From: Sarea resinae
Taxonomy: Eukaryota
DNA length: 64,000 bases
Assembly (NCBI GenBank): GCA_026026165.1
Contig: JAPEUD010000042.1
Coordinates: forward strand, 1 to 64,000
Reading direction: 5' to 3'
This document shows positions 1 through 11,620 of the stretch, piece after piece. The notes beneath the pieces were generated by a model. The model had not been told where the DNA came from. It made no database searches and was given only the letters and a program-made list of their open reading frames with translations. The position numbers were made by a program, and so were the translations under genes. The stretch's first letter is position 1. The number at the start of each line of letters is the position of its first letter.

Positions 1-2
1 TG

Positions 3-1613
3 CATGAAGTTTGCATAGTGCTGTTGCTGCTTAGGGGTGCTAGCTATATTTGCATAATATTCACCGCTTAGCTCATCTATATCAGATTCACTATCAGTGT
101 CTATTATGTCAGGTGTGACTGAATTGTTATCACCTATAGAACTTTGATCTTCTACTGTTACAGGTTCTTCCTGTACTGTTACAGCAGGTGTAGGAGGTGA
201 ATTTTCGACACCTATAGGATTTTCATCCTCTAGATCAGATGTATCCTTCTCTAGCTCCTCTAGGGCAGGGGTATAGCCTTCTGTAGAATTATAGAATGTG
301 TTTTCTATAATCCTAACATCTCTAGCCCAGATTGTTTTAGCTGTTTTAGGGTCTAGCAGCTTGTATTGATTTGAGCTATAGTTGATTAGGTAATAGGGCT
401 TAGCTCTATTATCTAATTTTTTAATTAGTTCTTTAGGCTCTCTCTTATAGGCTAGAGAACCCCAGATTTTTATGTGATCTAGGTTAGGTTTTTTGTTAAA
501 CCTTAGCTCATAGGGTGTTTTATAGCCTATAGAGCTATTAGGGGTCCTATTATAGAGGTATGTAGCGGCTAGAATAGCTTCCCCCCAGAATTTTTTAGGG
601 ATATTAGCCTGATTAAGTAGGGCTCTTACTTTATTAAGTAAGGTCCTATTAATCCTTTCTGCTAGGCCGTTTTGTTCAGGGGTATAAGGTGCATTATAAG
701 AGTCTATAATGCCCTTTTTAGCATGAAATTCCTTGAACACAGTGTTATTATAGACCTTAGCATTATCTGAGTGAAATCTTTTTAGCCTTTTTAGGCTTTG
801 ATTTTCCTCTTTAGCAATATATTCTTTGAATTTGCTAAAGGTTTCACTTTGATGTTTTAGAAGGTAAACATCAAGGTATTTTGTAGCTAGGTCTAGGAAG
901 GTAACATAGTATTTGTTACCACTAGGTGTTAGGGGTTTTATAGGACCCCCTATATCACTGCATACAATTTCAAGGTATTCCTTAGGCTTTTCTGCAGGGG
1001 TATTACTAGCATGCCTAGTAAATTTAGCCTCTAAGCAGATAGTGCAGTTTTTAATGTCTAAGTCTTTAGACTTAACACTAAGCTCTGCATTGTCCTCTAG
1101 CCTTTTTAGAGCGCTTTCCCCTATATGTCCTAGCCTTTTATGCCACATATCTAGGCTATTATCCTCTATAGTGCTGTTTAGCACTATAGGTATAGCCTTA
1201 GTCTGAAAGACACTAAGCTTATTAGCATAGGTCCCTTTAGCAGTGACACTACCCCTATTATCTAGGATAAGGACATTTTTAGGGCTAAAGTTGACTTTAT
1301 AGCCCTTATTTATGATTGCCCCTAGGGATAGCAGGTTTACACCAAAGTCAGGGATGTATAGAACGTCTCTAATATTTACTACCTGATTTGTTAGGGTAAA
1401 TATTAGCTTGATATCCCCTATGCCTGTTGCTATAGTAGAACTACTAGTGTTACCCCACTTTACAGTAGTGTTATAGGGTCTAAGATTGTTGAAGAGTTCC
1501 TTTCTATAGCAGATATGTGTTGTTGCACCTGAGTCAAGAATCCACTCTGTAACAGTGCTGTTTGACTCGGATTTTACACAGCTATAGGAAGCTTCAGGTG
1601 TAACAGTGCCTTT
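3..1613 (-). CDS. pol: Copia Pol, partial (aspartic protease, GAG-pre-integrase, integrase core); in frame with gag
   Basis: Manual translation finds no stop from 1613 to the window edge. Motifs: WILDSGATTHIC (Trp codon 1542-1544), WHKRLGH...CTIC, SDIGGP, HSDNAK, PEQNGLAERINRTL, FWGEAILAATYLYNRTP. Absent from the ORF track, probably because it has no stop in the window. Confidence 0.92.
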
Positions 1614-2567
1614 TTATGGCTTTGCAGCAGTACCTTCTAGGACTGTGCTTGTAACAGTGCATTCTGTTACTGATTTAGGACAGCTATAGGAGTTTAGGCT
1701 TGTAACAGTGCGTTTTGACACTGGTTTAGAGCAGCTATAGGAATTAGAGCTTGTAGCTATAAAGCTCTTTTCCTCTTGTGGTTCCTCTACTGTAGAGGGG
1801 TTAGCCCTATGCTTTTTAGCATTAGGCTTTTTACTCCTTTTTAGGCTAGGAAACTTTTGAAAGCATGTAGACTCATTGTGATTATTTAATCCACAATAGT
1901 CACAGTGCTTTTTACCCTTAGAGGTGAGAGCTACCTCTGTATCCTTGCTAGTGTTATGACTATTATCACTAGTGCTAGTGCTCTTAGAGATTTTAAACCT
2001 CTTAGAGTCATCTATTAGCTGTGCAAAGATTTCCTCTAGGTTGATATCCTTATCTTTGCTTTTGTTTATTGTTTGTGTGATAATAGTAACTATATTATCA
2101 TAGTTACTAGTAAGGTTGTTTAGGGTCCACGCAGCTATAAATTTATCAGGCAGAATTAGGTCTCTAGCCCTTAGCTCATCATTTAGCTGCTTGATTTTTG
2201 TGATATAGTCCTCTAGATCCTTGCATTTTTTAAGAGTTGTATTAAACAACTCTCTGCAGATTAGGAATTCAGAATTAAATCCCTTAGATTCATAGAGATT
2301 TTGCAGACTAGCCCACAATTTTTGTGGATTTGTGTGATATCTAGTCTGTAGCAGTGGGCTATCTGCTAGGGCAAGCCTAATATAGGCTAAGGCTTTTGCA
2401 GATTTTGCCTTGTAATAGTCTGAATCATTATCCATGCTATTTTCAAGGTCTTTAGACATGACTTCAAAGTAGCCCTTTTCTATAAGCAGGGATTCCATCC
2501 TTATAGACCACAAATCCCAATTAGAGCTGCCTTGCAGCTTAGGGATTTTATATGCAGGATCAGACAT
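1614..2567 (-). CDS. gag: Copia Gag (capsid-like region plus CX2CX4HX4C zinc knuckle)
   Basis: 317-aa ORF with KLQGSSNWDLWSIRM at the N-terminus and the knuckle CDYCGLNNHNESTC. Confidence 0.92.
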   Translation of the reverse strand: MSDPAYKIPKLQGSSNWDLWSIRMESLLIEKGYFEVMSKDLENSMDNDSDYYKAKSAKALAYIRLALADSPLLQTRYHTNPQKLWASLQNLYESKGFNSEFLICRELFNTTLKKCKDLEDYITKIKQLNDELRARDLILPDKFIAAWTLNNLTSNYDNIVTIITQTINKSKDKDINLEEIFAQLIDDSKRFKISKSTSTSDNSHNTSKDTEVALTSKGKKHCDYCGLNNHNESTCFQKFPSLKRSKKPNAKKHRANPSTVEEPQEEKSFIATSSNSYSCSKPVSKRTVTSLNSYSCPKSVTECTVTSTVLEGTAAKP

Positions 2568-3286
2568 AGCTGTAATTACTAATCTCCTACTTAATTTCAG
2601 AGAAAAGAACCACTAGCTATTAAGTGTATTCTACTGCAAGTAGTAGAATCACACTAGTATGACTTTTATACACCTATAGAACTTATAAGTTCTATAGATG
2701 TGTGGAATAGCTGCACAAAGAGTGTCTTATGCTTTTGCACCACTGTTACAAGTTCTATAGATGCACAAAAGATCAGCACAAAGGCTGTTTTGTGACTTTC
2801 AAACTGTTACAGTTCTATAGGTGCGTAAAATTGCAGCACAAAGGCTGTTTGCAGAACACAAGCTGCTAAGGTGTGCAGAACACAGGCTGCTATACTATAG
2901 TTCTATAGACACAAGCTATAGGTACTATAGGACTAGGTAAAGGCAGCATATATTAAGCACTCAACTTGCTCTCCTATAGGTGTTTCCCTTTAAAGGGGAT
3001 TATGCCTATAAGGCAGCACAAAGGATTAGGAAAATCCTTATTAAGTGTGTGTATACCTAATGTCTATAAGTATAGGCTTAGTTCAAGCAGTCCACCCTAA
3101 GTGGTTCTTATCTGCAAGTTAAGTTATATAACCTCTAGGAGGCTATATAACTGCCTAGGGACTATAAAGACTATAGGACCCAGTCTTTTTAGGTGAAAAA
3201 GAGGAAGTTCTACACTTTTTCAAAGGAATTTCAGTGGCTATAGGTGAAATACCATGAAATTATAGGCTTCTTTAGCAGGCTATCAA

Positions 3287-3297
3287 GGCTTATAACC
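3287..3297 (-). other. Primer-binding site of the copia element
   Basis: GGTTATAAGCC lies directly after the LTR-terminal CA. It resembles the GGTTATG(A/G)GCC tRNA-iMet-fragment PBS of copia elements, with one G>A change. Confidence 0.7.
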
Positions 3298-3501
3298 TGT
3301 TAGAAGGTAGCACAAAGATATAAGTAGAGAAAGGTGCTAAAGAAGTATAGTATAGAATGATTATATATTATTTACTTAGAGATTCTAACTATAGAGGTGT
3401 AAAGCAGTTAATATATATATAACTAACTTACTAGATAGAACCTTTATAGTAATAATTAGTTATATAAGTGATTTGTACTTAATAAACTAATAATAATTAC
3501 A
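3298..3501 (-). repeat. Putative 5' LTR
   Basis: The PBS-proximal end (TAACA on minus) is well defined. The distal end is guessed from TGTAA at 3497-3501 (minus). Confidence 0.5.
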
Positions 3502-4020
3502 TATACTTTATAGAACTACTTAGAAACCTATAGAACTTCTATAATATAATAGTTATATAACTATCTCTTAACTTTCTTATAGACTTCTAGATAATTCTAA
3601 GATATTTTAGAATATTCTATAAGAATCTATAGGGTTCTACTACTTTCTATAGAGTTTTACTATGTGCTATAGAGTTCTACTATATTCTATCTTATAATAG
3701 TCTATAATAGTCTAGATACTTAAGAGTAATTAAAATTAAGGTTATAATTCTAATATCTATAGCTAGAGTCTCTAGAATTACAGCATATAATTATTTTATA
3801 CTATTACTTTTGTAGCACTTTCTTCTACTTATCTATCTATTCTACCTTCTTATATAAGTACCTTAAATACTTTAACTACTCTACTCTAAGAATAGAATTA
3901 CTAGGTATTTTGTTTATTTACCTATAATTCACTAAATATTATAAGCTTTTACTCTTCACACATAAATAGGCATAGAAGACTGCTAGTACTACTCTACTAC
4001 TGTAGCGATTGAATCTAAGG
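3502..4020. repeat. Extremely AT/TpA-rich RIP-like repeat relic containing an inverted, diverged LTR-like copy (~3755-3853)
   Basis: TA/TAG/CTA-saturated sequence. The reverse complement of 3755-3850 aligns by eye with 3302-3397. Confidence 0.65.
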
Positions 4021-4064
4021 TTATTATAGCTATGCTTGTGTAAAATCAAACTTAACGATTTCTC

Positions 4065-6423
4065 TTATGATCTGTGCGGAGCCGGGAGAGCAGATTCATC
4101 ATCCTCTGCCTCGACTCTAACCAGAACTTCCTCCAAAAACCCCTCTAGAAACCCATGCACTTCGCCCCCCATGCCAACGGGCGCCTGATTGTCCCACTGC
4201 TCGATCTCGCTGAATATTGCTGCCGCCTTGAAGACAAGTTTTCGTAATCGTTCGTGTGCATGCTGCCGCTGCTGTTGTAAGTGAGCCTTCGCTACGCTCT
4301 TATCGTTGCGCAGTAAGGTCGTAAGACAGTAAGTTCGCCGCTGCAAGGCGGCATCAAGTGCAGGCAAAACAACCCCATCCAGTGCAGTCAGTTCTGCACT
4401 CGTATCTGCTGATGGAATGGAAAAGTCGGCTGAAGGAGTTGGACCCAAGGAGGTCTTAGGGGTAGCTGCGTTGGATTCCGGATCAATAGGGGTAGACGGT
4501 AGTGGTTGCTGGCCTGGTGGTACATATGTAGGAGATGCGACTCTTGGTGATTCCTGTATTGGCGAGGACTTTTGTTCCTTTATTTGCGATTTGTATTCAC
4601 TAATGTCCGCACTAGACGGCTCCGCGGCACTCGAGTTGATTGGCCGACCTTTGTATGGGGGGATATCTCGCAAGCCTACTAGCATAGGTGAGTACTCCGG
4701 CAGATGATCCCTTTCCTTAGCTAGATCGACTTTGGTAAAAGGCTCCGGTGTTGGCCCATGTGCCAATTTCAGACAAGGTGGGACTGGCTTTGAGCTGAGA
4801 GAAGCATCGCAACTTGTGCCCAGATTGAGGTGATCAATTGCCTCAGCCAGCGTATCTCGTATAGAAATGCCACTTTCCGAAGGTAAGACCTGCTTTTTGG
4901 CATTTGAGCTTTGACTTGAAGCATGCTCGTCATTCTCGGTCTGCGGCGGGATTGGTGGCTGGGATTTGATAGGAGATGGCGGAAGAGGTACGCCGGCCGC
5001 CATGCTCGATGACAGTGATGTTTGCGTAGGATTTATCAATTTTGGCGTTGACTGATTGTGTGTATGAGGGGCCGATGGCACATTTGAGGCTCTTACAGTG
5101 CCAGAGGAAGCATAGCCGGAGTCTCTCCCGAGGTTCCCAGGATTGATTCTTCCTTTCAAGCCTTCTTGAGCATAGTTCTGGCCTTCCATTTTCTCCTCTC
5201 TTGATTGTGATCTGGCGTTGGTAGCGGCATCGTTCAGTGCTCTCAATCCGGCGCCACGGCCAGCTACTGGACGGACTGTGCCAAAGTCCCAGAGATCATC
5301 ATCTTCAGCGAGCCTCGATTGCGGCTCTTCACTCATGTACTCCTCCTCGTACTCTGAATCCCTGCCCCCATGCATTGCTTGCCACCGCTCGTACCGCTCT
5401 ATTAGCTCTGTAAGATAAGTAGTTTTCTTAGCCTTGCGAATGAAGGGATGCTTCAACAGTTCCTTGGCGGACGGTCGCTCTCTTGGATCTCGCTTCAAGC
5501 AGAGGTCTACGAACTCCTTGAAAGATTTGCTGAAATTGCCCTCTAAAACGGGTGGCGGGTTTTTGGGTATGAGAAAAAGCACTTTCATCGGATGAATATC
5601 AGAGTACGGAGGTTCACCGTTCGCAAGCTCCAAAGCCGTGATGCCAAGTGACCATATATCTGCCTTATGGTCATAGCCTGATTGCTTGATGACTTCTGGG
5701 GCCATCCAGAAAGGTGTGCCCACAAATGTGTTCTTCTTGGTCATTGTAGCCGATAGCTGACCTGAGACCCCAAAATCCGCAAGCTTTACTTGTCCATTAG
5801 CACCCAACAAGACATTAGCAGCTGCATTTCAGTCAGTGACCTTTCAGGTAGCAGTTGGGACCGAGAAGAGGGCACTGTGAAGCCTCACCCTTAATGTCCC
5901 GATGGAGTTTCTTGTCTCCGTGAAGATACTCTAATCCCATAAGAAGCTCCCTGATGATTATAGTAATATATTCCTCAGGTATCAATCCCGGCTTCATGAG
6001 ATCCCCACAGCTGCCTCCAGAGCAGAATTCCATTACAATCCAGAGATCGGAACCCTTCAGAAATGAGCCATGGTATTTGGTGACGTAGGGAGAATTCAAC
6101 TCGGCAAGAATTGATATCTCTTGGATAATGTCTTCGACCTCGTCCTCGGCATTCTCGACGTCGATGACTTTGATGGCGACTGACTGCCCTGTGCGCTTGT
6201 CTACTCTAGAACGAAGAGCATCAGATGCTAGAAAACAATTCACGATTACATCGAATCACTCACCCTTTGTAGACCTTCCCAAAGCTTCCGCCACCTGATA
6301 ACATAATAGTAAGAGGGGTTCCTGTAGCGCACAACCAACAGACGTACCGATGCAATTTTGTTTTGTGTATAGCGTCTCCGGATCTGCCGCACCTTCCATG
6401 ATACCTCCCATAGAAGTAGCCAT
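4065..6423 (-). CDS. Ste20-family GCK-III serine/threonine kinase (Mst1/STK24-like), multi-exon
   Basis: Spliced N-terminus [35 protein letters not shown], then LHRDIK, DFG and [12 protein letters not shown]. Long low-complexity tail and C-terminal helical region. The start could be ATG at 6423, 6411 or 6399. Confidence 0.93.
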
Positions 6424-7974
6424 GCTGGTAGCTTTGTTCAAGCAACTAGGATCAGAGGCAGTGACTGAGCTTCGCAAAGAGGAATAAGGCCAAGTCCAGA
6501 GAAACAGAGGATTCTATCCGCCGACTGCTGGGATGACAGGCTCGTGATTTAGATATCGAGAATGCAAGCAGTGACAGGCCAAAGTGACCTCAGACTGTAC
6601 AGGTCCTGTCGTCCGCTATGCTGAGTATCGTAATGATCGTGTCTCGTTGTTCGTGCCTTCTCGTATTTTCGTGCCTCAACCGTTCAAACCGTTCAGTCGT
6701 AAATAATAAGGGATGAGCCGTCCACAAGAGTTTGATTGGTACAGTTACAGGAACGCATCAGAGCGTACACGGTGACTGATGCCGTGGGTGATGTGCGTCC
6801 AAGCGCTGATTCGCGGTAAGGTGGTTTGTTTGTTGTGGAGCGGCCGTGAAGTGCTGCAACTACCTAGGCCTCCAGAATGCGACCTCCCCAATGCGTGTTT
6901 ACATCCAACGTGCCGGCCACCCGTGAGCTTGGACTCGAAGGGACGTCAATCTAGAAAGTCTCCCGCTCAAGACTGAAAGAGTGGCCCTCAACTCGACTGA
7001 AGATCGACAATTGCCGCCGGCCAGTACCGTCGGAATGGATCAGAACATTTCAGCAAAAGGAGGGAGTTTGTTTCTGTGTCTCGGGCTTTGCCGCTCGCGC
7101 GTGTATGTGAATCGAATGTAGGTACCTAACTATACCTTTAGAAGCGATTATTGACGCGAGAACTAGGTAAGCTGATCCAGGCGACTAGATGCCGATCAAG
7201 AGGATTGTTAGATTTACTTTCCTCCTTCTGTGATTCAGCTCTACCACTGTACTCGTACTCTTCCTTTCTATAAGACGATGTTCTGTACCGTTTTTATGAT
7301 GCAAAGTAGTGCATATCGCTGCCTATTGGGGGCCCACTTGCCAGGATCACTCGAAGGTCTTGGGGACAATTCGCGCGGCACGAGTAGGTAAATTACCTAG
7401 AGGTAGATATGTCACGAATCAGGCACGGGAAACCGATAGTGTATTAGCTCTAAATGATCGTAAGAAGGCTCAGCTACGGCAAAATAAGAGACCCCCCTAC
7501 GAAATGCTTTAGACTTAGTAAAAACACACGAAGTACTTCCTAAGTCAACGTCAGTGATCATTAATCAATCATGCTACTCTGCTATTCTTTCAACAATTAC
7601 GACTATATTGAATTAGCAAGTATTGCTGTTAGAACGTCTAAAACCATTAGACCCCGAAGAACTAAGGCCTTATGATGCAAGGACACTCCATGAAATTGCA
7701 AATATGTAATTTTTACATATTCAAATCCTCCAGACATCTACTTACACGTCTGAGTGGATAGAGGCATGTATTTTGAAGGATTTTATTGGTATTTCGAGCC
7801 ATCGATTTCGTACCCAGCGAGAGGGATAGTATGAGCAAGAAGCTGGAGGATAGGAGAAAAAGGCAGGGAAACTTCGCCAAAGTCAATCCGTATATGGATT
7901 AACTCGATGATCGTTGATGAAGAAGATAATGCCCGACCATTCCAGAACGCCAAGCCACGACGACGAACGGACGT

Positions 7975-9748
7975 CTAATCATCTAAAAACTCGACCATGA
8001 CCGTTGCGTTCTTGAGTCCTGCTTGCTCAACCGTTTCCTCCAAGGCATCAATTAGATTCTTGCCCATGGAAATCAACTCAAACTCCACCCCTTCTCTGCC
8101 CGTGATGGGGTCGGCTTTGAGCCATTCGTAGATCCTCCGCACTTGATCGGTGACAGAAAATCTTCGAACTATTCGGCCACCCGAATGTCTGAACTGTATG
8201 CGAGTGGTCGAGGATAGGTTGGCAGCCGGTTCTTCATGAGGTGAGCTTGACGATATTGTCGAGAAGACTGAGACCGCAGGCTCCGCGCTTGCTTGGCCGT
8301 TCGATTCCAACGCATCAGTCATCGTCTCATCCTCGCCGGGTACTGCACCTGCTCTGGCCTTGCCCTTCCCTTTTCCCTCCCTAGCATCGATGGCTTCACG
8401 AGTCAATGCATCCGGGTCGTCTTCCCTAGGTCCCCTGGCATTGGCTAAGCTGTTGTGCATTGCCATCTCCAACATCTCCTCTTCTGTCATTGTGTTTACA
8501 TCTACTGTTTTCTTTTCGGCCTTCCGGGTAGGAACCGGATTCCTCGCGTTTACCTTTAGGCTATATCGGTCCAGGAATTCATGCAGTTGCATCAAGAAAT
8601 CCATTGGTTTTGGTACTGGTGGTCCAGACCATACCTTGACTTGTTCTCCCGTCCTAGGATCCACAATAGCGATATGTGGGTACGCATCCTGGCTGTCACG
8701 GGCCTGGAAATAGTACTGTATGTATTGGTTTCCGCGAGGATCATCCTTGGTGTATTGCATGAAGATGAAATTCTCCTTAACAGTCTCCTTGATACTAGCG
8801 TTCTTCCAGATATCGCGGTTGAGTACCTGACAGTCGAAGATCGCAGGATCTTGGATGTTGACTAGAATCCATTTCTCGTTGTCCCTCCCTTCTTGACGCG
8901 CATCGTCCCATGGGAGCGAAGACATCAATTCGAAAGGTGGCCGATACATTTCAGCTAAGAGATTCGACTTTGAGGAAGCTTCTGATGCCCCTGCTGTCGC
9001 TTGCGCTAGATTCTGCCGTCGAGAATTGGAGTCAATGTTTCCGTCATCCCACACAGACGAGGATGTAGCTCGCTGATTAAAGATGCCAGGCCTGCCTGAT
9101 GAAATGGTCAACGTCTGAATGATTCCGATTATGAGCGAAGAGGAAACAATTACCCTGATTTCTTTGTCGGCGAGCAAGCATTTGCTCATCGACCGCTACT
9201 CTCATATCGTCGGCATCACTTCCCCAATCGGCCCCAGGACCGACAAGAGTCTCCGTTGTTCGAGCTATAGGAGCTCTCACGCCCTCTGAATCTCTATCCC
9301 CAGCCATGTCCGCTCCAGCATACATCTCTTCCTGTAACCGTCTAGCCATAGCCTCGTCGTCTTCCATGGCAGCTTGATTAGCCGGGCTATCCACTCTATC
9401 GTATGACAAGGGATCTGCTCTTGCTGGACCTTGCCGCCCTGGGGCGTAGCTGTTTATTTCTGGACCACCTTCCTCAATCTCATCGTCTGAAGGTATGTGG
9501 ACAACCCCGCGACTATCCTCATATGTACCGGACACGGCACTTTCGGGAGGTTTCATTGAATTTCCCGTTGCATGCTGTGTTGTGGAAGAAGCTGCAGGCA
9601 TATCTTGGTTCTCAAGATCCATCCCATCGCTGTCGAAGTAAAGTTGCATCGCCTGCTCCAGGTTGCCATCCGTAAGCCTGAGGTATTGGGCAGCGCGCTG
9701 AGGTGGGGCATCTGTGATGCTAGTGAACTGGGCAACAAGATCGTCCAT
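7975..9748 (-). CDS. UBX5: UBX-domain Cdc48/p97 adaptor (UBA-like, UAS thioredoxin-like, UIM and UBX), Ubx5/UBXN7-like
   Basis: MDDLVAQFTSIT...LEQAMQLYF (UBA-like), MYRPPFELM...FDCQVLNRDIW (UAS), TEEEMLEMAMHNSL (UIM), TRIQFRHSGGRIVRRF (UBX). One intron near 9093-9153. Confidence 0.9.
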
Positions 9749-10099
9749 GGTTTTGGCTGTCCCGAAAGCCGATCTTCGCAGTTAATAGCAGCTCAGAATT
9801 GAGGCTGTGAATCTATGAGATCCTGATGAGCCACCAGGCGGCGATAGGATTCAGGTGTACCTGATCGTTCACGAAACTGCGGCTGTGATTGATAACTTGG
9901 TCGTGATGCTTATATGGTTGCGGAGAGGGAATATTCCGAGCGGAGCATGAGAGGTGGTGTGAATGAAAATCAAAGTAAGTAAAAAGATATTGGGGGTGCT
10001 CAATGACGTTTGAGCCGTTGACTTTATCGGGATTGCGACAACCCAAGGACAAGAAGGGTGTCGCCTTGATGGCCCGCAGCTAATGTGTTGGAGATGACC

Positions 10100-11022
10100 T
10101 TAGATAAGGTATGCAAGATACCTAGGTGACCTAGTTATGATTTCCAGCCCAGCGAAGCTGAAGTGATGATGACAAGTAGTTTGGAAATCGCAAAGATGCC
10201 TCGTGCTCTCAAGTTCGATGTCAACGGCACAGGGTCCGGGTGAGCTCGTCAGTCGCAAAGAAGCCAGAACGACGTCGCTACTTTGTACTTTCGCAAGGTA
10301 AGGTGTCTTCGTCTGTACAAAGTACTTCCTGTCACCTCGCTCCAGGTCTTCGATGATGTGGATTGCAGTGACGACGCTCGCTTGTTCGGCTCGCGTTTGT
10401 TGGGCGTTTATCTTGAGCGTCAAGCGTCAGTAGGGCAGGGAAGGGGGGTGAATTGGCCCTTTGTCACGGGAACAAGAGAGTCCAAGTACGAAGGACGAAA
10501 CATGGAAACTAAGTTAGGTATTCTAGATTGTTTCATCATCCTGAAAAAGTGATTTACTGATAGTTGGGTAGCTGTTGCATTATAAAACTTTGTGAATATA
10601 CTCCGGAGTGGGTATTAGGTATTGATCACGGTCTAAATTTCAGTAATTGAAAATTGTTATCAGGAGTCGTAAGAAATAGTAGATGGATGAAGAATGTATA
10701 CGGAGTAGATGAGTTCCGGCATATGAAAAATTTCACTACGACTTCGAGGGACTTGATGCCAATGGAGAATGCTTCACAGCAGAGATCATATGCTAGGTAC
10801 AGCGGTATATAACGACTCGAGGGAAGTTGCTTGATGGTGACTTGCACTCCTTTCCTGTCTTCTCTCATCAGCCAGACGACTATGCCTTGTCGATATGCTG
10901 CAGAGGAGAGGCCATGATATCGCGTATCTTGGTAGGCTGTCTTACTTCAGGTGTGAAGCAAGGAGGTAATGAATATCCAGCGGAGATCCTTCTCCGAAGC
11001 GAGGATGTAATCCTGTGAACAT
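10100..11022 (-). CDS. Possible small multi-exon gene of unknown function
   Basis: An ATG at 11022 and a GTAAGA...GCTGAT...CAG intron (10855-10945) join in frame to the 10626-10868 ORF. A further branch/acceptor lies before the 10100-10423 ORF. The middle exons cannot be resolved and no domain is recognised. Confidence 0.3.
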
Positions 11023-11620
11023 TGTATCGTGATTGTCGATTTGCTCGAATTAATGAATCTCAGAGGTTCGTCCCCTAAGAATCTCTACCCAGCCATATAA
11101 GTCAGCCATATACTACTTTGAAACATGCAGTCCGGAATAGCGTACTGCTGAGGAGCTCTTTTGACACTCTAGGAGAAGAAAGGTCCACCTGCCTGTGCAT
11201 TTCCCAATTCAAGCCAGTGAGCGACGACGCCCTTTGCGTCTTTCTATACACTCAGAGAGTAGGATTTGTCAGAACGCATGGTAAAGTGACGTTCCCTTTC
11301 CTGTCCGGGGAAACATTCCAAGCATAAGTCAACTAGGGCCATATAGGCTAAACAGGCGATTGTAAGATATGTGTGGTGCGGCGTCGCCCTGCTAATTGAC
11401 CTCTCTCTTCTCTTGGGAAGGCTTCAGACCCCAACCCCAATTCTTGTAATATATTCATGACTTGCGAACTGGCGGCAGACTTTGTAGAAGCGATCTGCCG
11501 GAACGTTGGGCGCTGTAATGCTGGCAATTACTGCTCTCCTTTTTGACTTGCATTGAGATCGCTCGCTACGTTCTTTCGCTGCTCAGCCGAGCCTGCAACT
11601 CCACCCTTCTCCCAACTACT

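Larger units (their letters stand above)
1..3501 (-). mobile_element. Ty1/copia LTR retrotransposon (5' part; runs off the window start)
   Basis: Minus strand shows LTR end ...CTAACA, then a PBS-like GGTTATAAGCC, a long UTR, gag with a CCHC knuckle, protease (WILDSGATTH) and integrase (HHCC, then D-D-E). Protease directly followed by integrase is the copia order. The far LTR boundary (3501) is tentative. Confidence 0.93.

Noticed and set aside
913..1206. 97-aa plus-strand ORF
   Set aside because: Antisense shadow of the copia integrase.
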